A stretch of DNA of 28,475 nt from an uncultured Thermococci archaeon (GTDB lineage Archaea > CAYQAE01 > CAYVLA01): positions 1 to 28,475 of the forward strand of contig CAZJVP010000085.1 in the NCBI GenBank assembly GCA_964549615.1, written 5' to 3'. The translations under genes and the position numbers were made by a program. The notes below the pieces were generated by a model. That model had not been told where the DNA came from. It ran no database searches and saw nothing but the letters and a program-made list of their open reading frames with translations. Below, in pieces: positions 7,213-14,459 of the stretch; the stretch's first letter is position 1; every line of letters starts with the position of its first letter.

Positions 7213-8886
7213 CTAGAAAGCCTCCTGAAGACGGGTGGTGCCATAATGGCGCCGGATCTGGTCGGAAAGGATCCTCGATATCTTTCTTTCGAGGTCCCTG
7301 AGGTCCTCTTCCTGAGCTTCGCCGGACAGCAGCGTAACGTTCAGCGTCCTCGGGCTTTCCGGCGTCACCGTGCGTAGGCTCGGCCGGATCACGGGCGTCC
7401 CTAGCTTCCAGCTGCGCGTTCCAAGCGAAGGCTCCGGAGCGCCCACCACTGCGGTCTGACGTAACGCGGTCGCGCCCAAGGGACCGTAAGTCGGTCTGTA
7501 GCCGAGCGAGCCAATCACCCACGAGGGCTGTGATAGAAGGGCGCTGGCCCCAACCGAGCGCAGAGCCTGTCGGACGCTTTCGATCGCCTGCGCCCCGATC
7601 ATCGCCATGGAGGATGCAGCATATGCCTGTTCGAGTGAGGGTGCCGTCACCAAGCTGTAGGTTGCAAGCGTCGCCATGGGCAAAATCTCGGCCAATGGTG
7701 TGTAGGTTGCAAGCGTCGCCATGGGCAAAATCTCGGCCAATCGTGCCCGCGCCAAAATTTCCCGGATGGGAAACAGGGACACCTCCAGCGCGCTGGCAAG
7801 GGTGCAGGGTTCGCTGCCCACGGTCCGCGACAGGTAACGGAGGATTTCGGCCGTGCCACCCTCGATGTGGGCTATTGCCGAGAGCGCCGAGACCTGTATG
7901 CCCTCATGGCGCATCGGGCTTCCACGGGGGCCGGGCGCCGCGTCCAAGTGCGCCAGTTCTTTCCCATCCGGCGCCGACTGAAGGGCGCTTGTAAGCGGAG
8001 GCTGTGCAGGCTCTGGCGTGGGGGCGCCCATCCGGGTTGCACCTAGGTCCGCAGGAGAGCCGGGCCGCAAGGCTCCTTTCCCTCCACGGGGGATTCCTAC
8101 GGATGCGGACTCGGCTGGGGTCAGTTCGTGCGGGGGGATAGGTCTTGGCCCCAGCCTGCGCAGGGGTGCCACGTCACTCGTTCTCCCTCGTACGTGGCCC
8201 CTCCGCGTTTGCGGAGCTGCATGGCGGCCTTCGAATGGACTTGCCGCCTCTGACACATATCGCGCTGCCCGGGCGACGGGCAGAGCAAGGGGCGCAGCAG
8301 CGGCCACGGCTGGCAGGAAGAGGGGCCGGGCGATTCGGATCGCGGGCCCCGATGGCTTCGAGCCGGTCGGAACGGCCCGCTTCCTCGGGGCGTCCGCCTG
8401 TGTTGGGCCTAGGCCGCGACCTTCTCCAAGCGTGGGACCAGGCGGCTCGGTAGCGATCTCCCTGGGGACGGCAACGGGCAGAGGGGGAATGAGAAATTTT
8501 GGAGCCCTGGCATGTGTCCTTCGAGCCACGTCAGCCGCCAGCTTCCTCGTGGCAGAAATGCGTACCAGGAAAGACGGACCGTATCTGGGAAGTTCGTCCT
8601 CAGCCTCGGGCTCCTGTGTTCGGCCCGCCCTTCCTAACCAAGCGGGTAGCAGAGGGATGGGCGAGAACATCGGCAGGGAGATCCGAGCGAAGAATCCTCG
8701 GATTCGCAATATGCTGCTTATCGCCCCGGCCAGGGAGCTGAATGCCTTGGAAATGAGAGCTGAGAGGGACCAAAGGAACCTGACCGGTTCCGCGATTCTC
8801 CGCCAAAGCCCGCGAGCGTAGTCCTGGCTGCGTGCCGCCACGCCAAGGACCCTTGCCGGGAGGCTGTCCGCCATGCTCTCACCCAA
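7213..8886 (-). CDS. Pro/Ala/Arg-rich low-complexity protein at the tape-measure position (putative TMP or lumenal cargo)
   Basis: 557 aa; lies between the chaperone pair and the tube initiator; C-terminal 'LNVTL...DLRDLERKISRILSDQIRRHYG' strand-helix resembles TMP C-termini; stop codon abuts the next ATG. Alternative ATG start at 8874. Confidence 0.55.
   Translation of the reverse strand: MGESMADSLPARVLGVAARSQDYARGLWRRIAEPVRFLWSLSALISKAFSSLAGAISSILRIRGFFARISLPMFSPIPLLPAWLGRAGRTQEPEAEDELPRYGPSFLVRISATRKLAADVARRTHARAPKFLIPPLPVAVPREIATEPPGPTLGEGRGLGPTQADAPRKRAVPTGSKPSGPAIRIARPLFLPAVAAAAPLALPVARAARYVSEAASPFEGRHAAPQTRRGHVRGRTSDVAPLRRLGPRPIPPHELTPAESASVGIPRGGKGALRPGSPADLGATRMGAPTPEPAQPPLTSALQSAPDGKELAHLDAAPGPRGSPMRHEGIQVSALSAIAHIEGGTAEILRYLSRTVGSEPCTLASALEVSLFPIREILARARLAEILPMATLATYTPLAEILPMATLATYSLVTAPSLEQAYAASSMAMIGAQAIESVRQALRSVGASALLSQPSWVIGSLGYRPTYGPLGATALRQTAVVGAPEPSLGTRSWKLGTPVIRPSLRTVTPESPRTLNVTLLSGEAQEEDLRDLERKISRILSDQIRRHYGTTRLQEAF
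7656..7741. repeat. Two exact 41-bp direct repeats with a 45-bp period (in-frame duplication)
   Basis: tgtaggttgcaagcgtcgccatgggcaaaatctcggccaat at 7656-7696 and 7701-7741; encodes LAEILPMATLATY twice on the minus strand. Confidence 0.97.
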
Positions 8887-9091
8887 CCTTCTCCTCTTCG
8901 TCTTCTGTCACGACGATTCTCGTCACGCCCTCCGCGGTGGGTGCCATTGCCCTCGCTTGCTCAGCCCGATATGACAACGCACCGGTGAGAAAGAGGATCT
9001 GATCCCTCGTCAGGTCGGCCGGATGGTTCGCGAGCTTATATCCGCAGTCCAAGCACAGAGCAGCTAGCTCTATTCCCTCGGGACTCCTCAC
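8879..9091 (-). CDS. Tail assembly chaperone second part (gpT-like), probably the -1 frameshift extension of the upstream chaperone
   Basis: 70 aa ORF ('GYKLANHPADLTRDQILFL') in the -1 frame of the upstream gene, open back to the A9 run (adds LEIEKF before the GTG). The GTGA overlap would also allow independent coupled initiation. Confidence 0.7.
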   Translation of the reverse strand: MRSPEGIELAALCLDCGYKLANHPADLTRDQILFLTGALSYRAEQARAMAPTAEGVTRIVVTEDEEEKVG

Positions 9092-9465
9092 GAACTTCTC
9101 GATTTCAAGTTTTTTTTTCGCGCTGTGGCGTCGGTGACGCCGCTGAGTTCGAGGACTTGCATGCCGATGAACTCCGGCACCCCGAACTTCATGCTCGCCA
9201 CTTCCTCGAGCGATAGCTTCGGATCCTCAAGGCCCATCGCTGCAGCCATCCTTAAGGCCTCTAGGTTCTTCTTTATGTCGACCTGGCTCAGGTCTGGAGT
9301 TCCATCCTCCTTCAGCGGAACGTTGCCTATGACCGCAAATATCGAAGATAGCTCACCGTCGGTGAGGGGGCGTATCACGACCTCTGCCCCGCCGTATTCC
9401 TTCAACGTGAGGGTAGCCCTGATCTTCGAACCCTCGAGGATGGCCTGCTTGGTCAACCTAGCCAT
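9088..9465 (-). CDS. Tail assembly chaperone (gpG-like), 125 aa
   Basis: ATG at 9465 (MARLTKQAIL...) 2 nt after the tube stop, with a GGGAG SD. 'EVVIRPLTDGEL' and 'KLSLEEV...' chaperone-like pattern; ends in a KKN slippery site; lies between tube and TMP position. Confidence 0.75.
   Translation of the reverse strand: MARLTKQAILEGSKIRATLTLKEYGGAEVVIRPLTDGELSSIFAVIGNVPLKEDGTPDLSQVDIKKNLEALRMAAAMGLEDPKLSLEEVASMKFGVPEFIGMQVLELSGVTDATARKKNLKSRSS
9109..9118 (-). other. Slippery sequence CG-AAAAAAAAA-C (A_AAA_AAC heptamer / A9 run), candidate -1 recoding site
   Basis: Minus strand reads GCG CGA AAA AAA AAC TTG...TGA in frame 0. The -1 frame continues CTT GAA ATC GAG AAG TTC GTG AGG into ORF 8879-9091. 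Confidence 0.75.
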
Positions 9466-9467
9466 GC

Positions 9468-9869
9468 TCACTGCTCCCTGAGCCGCGTGCCGGTGAACGT
9501 ATAGTCGCTGATGCCGACGCCATTTGCGTCCATGGAGAACACCTTGCCCTCCAGGTAACACTCATCAAACGAAAGCGTCTTGATCGACTTTCCTCCTTTC
9601 TTGAGTTCCACCACGAGTTGGAACGGCTTTACCTCCGCGACCCCGGTTATGAGCATGGTGTCGAACTTCGGATAGGTCGACCTGACCCTCAGCGTCCCTT
9701 CAACGTACATGGGCCCGTAGTCCACGCCCACACGCTCGTCGATGCCGATGTTATGGACGTTTTGCCGATTCCTGACGATCTTGTACTCTATCGCCTGGAG
9801 ACCGGGTATGATGTCTCCATCCACCTTCACGTTGCTCACGTTCGCCGATATGATAACGGGATCCGCCAT
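9468..9869 (-). CDS. Tail tube protein (gp19/Hcp-like)
   Basis: 133 aa beta-rich protein immediately after the sheath; 'YVEGTLRV', 'TLSFDECYL', 'YTFTGTR' tube pattern; GGAGGTGA SD 6 nt before the ATG at 9869. Confidence 0.82.
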   Translation of the reverse strand: MADPVIISANVSNVKVDGDIIPGLQAIEYKIVRNRQNVHNIGIDERVGVDYGPMYVEGTLRVRSTYPKFDTMLITGVAEVKPFQLVVELKKGGKSIKTLSFDECYLEGKVFSMDANGVGISDYTFTGTRLREQ

Positions 9870-9884
9870 CTCCAATCACCTCCC

Positions 9885-11249
9885 CTAGGCTTGGACGGTT
9901 ATGGTCGCGTACACGTAGTCCATCGCCCGGACCGGCCTGACGGCGATGTCGACCCTCACTATTCCCTGCGCGAAGTCCAGCTCGGACGAGTAGACGTCAA
10001 CCAGGAACGGCGGCTCCTTGCCGTCGACGCTTGGCACGATGGACTGCTCGCGCTCCATCGTGAGGAAGAACTCGATCAGCTTCTCCCTCAGGGCGGTCCG
10101 CCCGCCCGGCGTATTGAGTGTGCCGATGAAGTTCTCGCACACGTTCTTCGCCCCCCTGACGGCGTGGTCCGCGATCCTAGTTACGCTTATCTGCTCCTTG
10201 CTCGTCGAGATCCCCTTCTCCACGATTATGCCCCTGCCTTTTCTCGCCTCGAGGGCAAGGATGCCGGCCTTCAACAGTTCCATCAGCTGGGCGGGGGTGT
10301 ATCGAGTCTCAAGGTCGGCGATGCCGGTTATCGCCTTGAAGGTTGGCGATTCGTAGTAGTTTAGTTTGCTGACCAAGCCCGCGACCGCGCCTGAGACGCC
10401 GTAGGGCGCAACAAGCACGAACCTGTCGGACGCCAGGGTGGATGTCCTCTTGACGATCTCCTCGACGGGCTCTCCAGGCCCCACCGTCCCGATCCCGATC
10501 CTGTTTTTGGCGTCCTTGCTCATGTTCTGGCAGTGGGCGTCCACGAGGGCGTGAACCTTGGGATCCCAAGAATCGCACGCGGAAACCATGTCCACGTCCT
10601 CCTCGATCTCAAGCATCTCCAAGGCAGACTCGTAGTCCTTCATCTTCGGCTGCGCCGTGGTGCCGCCGGCCAACGATACCTCGCCCAGGGAGGGCATCAG
10701 GGTCTTGGGGGGCTTCGACGGCTTGGTGAGGTCCTTTGCAGAGACGAGGGTGGAGTTCGCATTCAGGACCTTGACCGCATACAGGTCGCTTCCCGGGTCC
10801 ATGACGAGGTTGTCCCAAACCTCAAAGACCACCCCGTTGGTCACCTGGAACATGAAGGTATCCTTGCTGGAGCCTTTCAGGACGCTCAGCCTGATCTTGT
10901 TTCCGACCTCGCCGGGGGCCTTGGATTGCAACCCAAGCAGGTTCTCGTTGTTATCGTTCTTCAGGGTTGCCGAGGCCGCCTGACCGCCCTCAGCCTCGAT
11001 TCTCGTCGCGTACACCTCAAAGACGCCGTTCAGGAAGCAAAGTCTCGCGTCCTTCACCAACGAGTAGGTCGGATCAGCTCCGAACTTCTCGGTCAGCTCT
11101 CGGTAGCTCGTTACAGGGATCGGCTTGAGCACCGGTCCCTTCTCGGCCGTCCCTATCAGCCCCACCACGCCTGAGGGATGGAGCTGTTGCGGCACGATCT
11201 CTTTGATTACTTGGATCTCCACGCCAGGCAGAATCCTCGCCAAGGCCAA
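9885..11249 (-). CDS. Contractile tail sheath protein (gp18 / Afp2-4-like)
   Basis: 'LPGVEIQ', 'GLIGTAEKGP..KP..VTSY.E....FG', 'FLNG...VYATRI', 'PGEVGNKI', 'LAGG', and C-terminal 'VRVDIAVRPVRAMDYVYATI'. TTG start at 11249 or 11243. Confidence 0.95.
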   Translation of the reverse strand: MALARILPGVEIQVIKEIVPQQLHPSGVVGLIGTAEKGPVLKPIPVTSYRELTEKFGADPTYSLVKDARLCFLNGVFEVYATRIEAEGGQAASATLKNDNNENLLGLQSKAPGEVGNKIRLSVLKGSSKDTFMFQVTNGVVFEVWDNLVMDPGSDLYAVKVLNANSTLVSAKDLTKPSKPPKTLMPSLGEVSLAGGTTAQPKMKDYESALEMLEIEEDVDMVSACDSWDPKVHALVDAHCQNMSKDAKNRIGIGTVGPGEPVEEIVKRTSTLASDRFVLVAPYGVSGAVAGLVSKLNYYESPTFKAITGIADLETRYTPAQLMELLKAGILALEARKGRGIIVEKGISTSKEQISVTRIADHAVRGAKNVCENFIGTLNTPGGRTALREKLIEFFLTMEREQSIVPSVDGKEPPFLVDVYSSELDFAQGIVRVDIAVRPVRAMDYVYATITVQA

Positions 11250-11278
11250 CTCCCTCGAGCGAAGGCGTCCCTATCTTC

Positions 11279-11294
11279 CATTTAAAGTTTGCCC
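11279..11294 (-). promoter_or_regulatory. Putative archaeal BRE/TATA promoter of the tail operon
   Basis: Minus strand GGGCAAAC-TTTAAATG, an AT-rich island in GC-rich DNA about 37 nt upstream of the sheath start. Confidence 0.6.
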
Positions 11295-11496
11295 GGACGA
11301 TTAGCAATCCAGGATAAACTGTTCGCGGCATTCGCCAAAGTGAGTCTCGTTCTTGCAAAATTTCGCAGCCGGACGCAATCGCGATACCATGCGCTGAGGC
11401 CTGACCGCGCAGCGGGTCTCGACTCGGCTTAAGCGACCGGCTGGCTCGGGGACCGGGATAGTCTGCTCGCGCGTGATACAGTGAGTCATAGTAACT

Positions 11497-11512
11497 CAAT
11501 AAGATTTATTAG
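11497..11512 (+). promoter_or_regulatory. Putative BRE/TATA promoter of the ABC substrate-binding protein gene
   Basis: CAATAAGA-TTTATTAG about 50 nt upstream of ATG 11559, which has a GGAGG SD; preceded by a TGAGT-N7-ACTCA inverted repeat (11482-11498). Confidence 0.5.
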
Positions 11513-11558
11513 AGAGCTAGCGCTGGGATGGGCCCACCATTGGCAGGAGGGTGCGAGA

Positions 11559-12761
11559 ATGGGTGAAGAAGCTTCGAAGCCGTCTGCTAGGACCGTAGGT
11601 ATTCCGGTTCTAGTCCTAGCGGTCGTGATCGTCGCTGTGATTGCAGCTTTGGCGGTCTATGTCGCGGTCAAACCCGGAGAGGAGAAGGCCGAGAAGGGAC
11701 CAATCAAGATAGGGGCCATAATGTGTTTGTCCGGGGAGCTCGGCCCCGTTGGGCCTGGCCTTGTGGAGGGAATAGAGCTTGCCGTCTGGGAGGTTAACCA
11801 GAAAGGCGGGATCCAGGGCAGGCAGATTGAGCTGATAGTGGAGGACGAGGAGACCACGCCGACGAAAGCCGTCGAGGTTGGCAGCAAGCTGATCGACATC
11901 GATGGGGTGAAGGTCATCATCGGCCCCATGATCTCGCCAAGCGTGCTATCCTTGGCGAACAAGTCCAGCGCCTCCAAGGTTGTGCTGATAAGCCCATCCG
12001 CCACAGCCCCGAGCGTCACCGACGCGGGCGAGTGGGTATTCAGGGTTTGTCCGACGGACTTGGTGCAAGCCAAGGCCTTGGCTGACCTCGCGAAATTCAA
12101 GGGATACACCAGGGTCGCAACCCTAGTCGTCAACAACGACTATGGCGTTGGCCTGGAGGAGGGCTTCAGCAAGAACTTCGAAGGCGAGGTTGTGGCAAAG
12201 GTCAGGTTTGAGTCCGGGAAGGCAGACTACAGGACGGAGTTGGACACGATAAAGGCCAAGCAGCCGGACGCGGTCATGCTGGTCGCGTACCCGGAGAGCG
12301 GAACCGTTATCCTCAAACAAGCCGCCGAACTCAAGATGGGCTTCCAGTGGCTCGCTGCTGAGGGCATAGCTGATGCGGTGATGCTTCAGAGGCCTGAGAT
12401 AATCCCCGAGTTGGAGAAGACGCTTTTCACCAAGCCCAGGAGCGTCAAGGAGACGGTTGCCTACAGGCATTTCTTGGAGCTGTTCAAGCAGAAGTACCCG
12501 GGGAAGGAACCGGGCATCTATGCAGACTACGCCTACGATGCAACAAGGATGGCGATCATGGCCATAGCATACGGAGGGAACGATGGCGAAGGCATCAAGA
12601 ATGCCCTGTACCTTGTGGGCGACCACTACAAGGGAGCAAGCGGGGACAAGACCTTTGATGTCAACGGCGATGTCAGTGCCGACTTCGACATCCTGGCGGT
12701 GAGGAACAACCAGATGGTGTCGGTTGGAAGCTGGATCCAGGGCGTCGTGACCCTGACGTAG
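11559..12761 (+). CDS. livK: Branched-chain amino-acid ABC transporter substrate-binding protein (LivJ/K family), N-terminal TM anchor
   Basis: 'IKIGAIMCLSG', 'NQKGGIQGRQIELIVED', 'ISPSATAP', 'FRVCPTD', 'NNDYGVG', 'YAYDA'. True start is likely ATG 11559 after GGAGG. Confidence 0.9.
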   Translation: MGEEASKPSARTVGIPVLVLAVVIVAVIAALAVYVAVKPGEEKAEKGPIKIGAIMCLSGELGPVGPGLVEGIELAVWEVNQKGGIQGRQIELIVEDEETTPTKAVEVGSKLIDIDGVKVIIGPMISPSVLSLANKSSASKVVLISPSATAPSVTDAGEWVFRVCPTDLVQAKALADLAKFKGYTRVATLVVNNDYGVGLEEGFSKNFEGEVVAKVRFESGKADYRTELDTIKAKQPDAVMLVAYPESGTVILKQAAELKMGFQWLAAEGIADAVMLQRPEIIPELEKTLFTKPRSVKETVAYRHFLELFKQKYPGKEPGIYADYAYDATRMAIMAIAYGGNDGEGIKNALYLVGDHYKGASGDKTFDVNGDVSADFDILAVRNNQMVSVGSWIQGVVTLT

Positions 12762-12873
12762 GAGTCCCACGTCACCAATCTGCGCGTAGGTAGCGGACCG
12801 TAGCCAGTGCATTTCGGGCAGATCCGCGGGTAGATTCGGATCAGCGAAAGCCTAGGTGTTAGAACCAGCCTGA

Positions 12874-13752
12874 GTGCGCCCAGCTACCGCGAAGGGAGGT
12901 GCTAGGATCGCTAAGGTAGCGTTGCCAGGAGACGAGCGAGGACCGGAGGTCGGCATATCGCTGCTTGCGGACGACTGTGCGAGCTACAACTCGGTTGGGA
13001 TCTTAGCCGAACACGGACTTTCGGCCCTCGTCGAATTCGGAGGGCAGCGCGTGCTCTTCGACACCGGCCAGTCATGGGTCTACGCAAGGAATGCCAAGGC
13101 CATGAAGGTCGACTTGAACTCCGTCTCAATGCTTGTGATCAGCCATGGGCACTACGACCATACGGGAGGTCTGCCGCGCTTCCTTAGAATTGGCAAGGAG
13201 AATCGCGTCTTGGTGGCCCACCCGGATGCGTTCGAGACGAAGGTCACCAAGAACGGGAGGAAGGTCGGCTGCCCGATTCCGCTCGAGGTCGTGGCGAGGA
13301 GCTTTCGCGTACGCCTCATGGAGAGAACCCGACGGATTGCGAAGGGCGTTTACTTCCTGACGGGCTTGGATAGGAGGCATGAGGATCCGGGCACGGTCGT
13401 CTTTCATCTTAGGAACGGAAGGCGTGAGCCGGATCCTGTCCTCGATGACTCGTCCCTTGTCCTCAAGACGGAGAAGGGCTTGGTCATCGTCTGCGGATGC
13501 GCCCATGCGGGGATGCTAAACATAGTGAACGAGGCAACGGAGCTACTTGCTGACGACATCTACGCTCTTGCCGGAGGATTCCACCTCCTGCACGCCTCGG
13601 ACGGAAGGATCAGGGCCCTCCTAGAAAGGCTGAGGGAGCTCAAGGTTCAAAAGATCTACCCGTGCCACTGCACGGGGCTACGTGCGACGTTTCGAATGCA
13701 GACTGGCCTCGGGGCGGAGAAGGTTGGCTGCGGGGATCGGATTCGAATCTAG
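12874..13752 (+). CDS. MBL-fold metallo-hydrolase (MJ0301-like dihydropteroate-synthase-type subfamily)
   Basis: 'AEHGLS', 'LFDTG', 'SHGHYDHTGG', 'GCAHAG', 'GGFHL', 'PCHCTG' motifs. Start uncertain, possibly further downstream. Confidence 0.85.
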   Translation: MRPATAKGGARIAKVALPGDERGPEVGISLLADDCASYNSVGILAEHGLSALVEFGGQRVLFDTGQSWVYARNAKAMKVDLNSVSMLVISHGHYDHTGGLPRFLRIGKENRVLVAHPDAFETKVTKNGRKVGCPIPLEVVARSFRVRLMERTRRIAKGVYFLTGLDRRHEDPGTVVFHLRNGRREPDPVLDDSSLVLKTEKGLVIVCGCAHAGMLNIVNEATELLADDIYALAGGFHLLHASDGRIRALLERLRELKVQKIYPCHCTGLRATFRMQTGLGAEKVGCGDRIRI

Positions 13753-14456
13753 GCATTGAGCTCCCGGCCCAGATACAGCCTGCCTATGCGTTCGTGATCC
13801 AGTATCTCCTTGCCCGTCCCCTCGTAGGCCTTGGTGCCCATCACCATGACGTATGCCCTGTCGCATATGGCAAGCGACTTCTTGGCATTCTGTTCCACGA
13901 GCAAGATGGATGTCCCGTTGTCCCTGATCTCTTGGATCTTGGCCATTATGTGCGAAACAAGGGCGGGGGAAAGGCCCGCCGTGGGTTCGTCCAGGAGGAG
14001 CAGCTTGGGATCCGTCATCAGCCCGCGAGCGACTGCGACGGCCTGGCGCTCGCCTCCGCTGAGGTTGATGGCCTTGGTGTCCTTCTTATCCTTGAGAAGC
14101 GGGAATATCTCAAAGACCCTCTGTATGCGGTCATCGCACTCCTTTAGGGTATAGGCGCCCATCTCCAGGTTCTCCATAACTGTCAGGCTCGGAAAAACGT
14201 TGTCCAGCTGAGGAACGTAGTTTATCCCCTGCCTGACGATCCTGTGTGGGCTGAGGCCCGAGATCTTCTTGCCCTCGAGCAGCACCTCGCCCTTCGTCGG
14301 CTGTATAAGGCCGAAGATGGTCTTCATCAAGGTGCTCTTGCCTGACCCGTTGGGGCCGATGATTACGACTATCTCGTCCCTCTCGACGGCGAGGTCCATC
14401 CCTCGCACGATGGTCATCTTGCCGTATCCCGATGACAGGTCCGTGACCTGAAGCAC
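13749..14456 (-). CDS. livF: Branched-chain amino-acid ABC transporter ATP-binding protein
   Basis: Walker A GPNGSGKS, 'YVPQ..NVFPSLTVMENLEMGA', LSGGE signature, LLDEP, VEQNA. Confidence 0.93.
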   Translation of the reverse strand: MLQVTDLSSGYGKMTIVRGMDLAVERDEIVVIIGPNGSGKSTLMKTIFGLIQPTKGEVLLEGKKISGLSPHRIVRQGINYVPQLDNVFPSLTVMENLEMGAYTLKECDDRIQRVFEIFPLLKDKKDTKAINLSGGERQAVAVARGLMTDPKLLLLDEPTAGLSPALVSHIMAKIQEIRDNGTSILLVEQNAKKSLAICDRAYVMVMGTKAYEGTGKEILDHERIGRLYLGRELNA

Positions 14457-14459
14457 GAG

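Larger units (their letters stand above)
659..11249 (-). other. Headless contractile phage-tail operon (eCIS / R-tailocin-like contractile injection system), 13 ORFs
   Basis: Co-directional ORFs with gaps from -8 to about +15 nt in myovirus tail order (sheath, tube, chaperones, TMP position, initiator, hub, spike, gp25, J, I, fibre, terminator). No head, packaging, replication or integration genes; cellular genes on both sides. Confidence 0.9.

Noticed and set aside
7656-7741. CRISPR-like repeat
   Set aside because: Only two copies separated by 4 nt, in frame within a CDS, and no cas genes.
8018-8821. 267-aa antisense ORF opposite the TMP-position gene, and the many other antisense ORFs in the track
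   Set aside because: Shadow ORFs are expected in GC-rich coding DNA and these show no recognisable motifs. The minus-strand ORF is translationally coupled to both neighbours.
9466-9561. N-terminal extension of the chaperone ORF given in the ORF track (157 aa)
   Set aside because: It overlaps the tube gene; ATG 9465 with an SD just after the tube stop is the plausible start.
659-11249. Prophage/provirus
   Set aside because: No capsid, portal, terminase, integrase or replication genes, no att-like flanking repeats noticed, and intact cellular genes lie immediately on both sides.
659-11249. Canonical bacterial type VI secretion system
   Set aside because: No TssJLM membrane complex, TssA, TssK or ClpV. 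The sheath is a single gp18-like gene, and chaperone/TMP-position genes are present, which T6SS lack.
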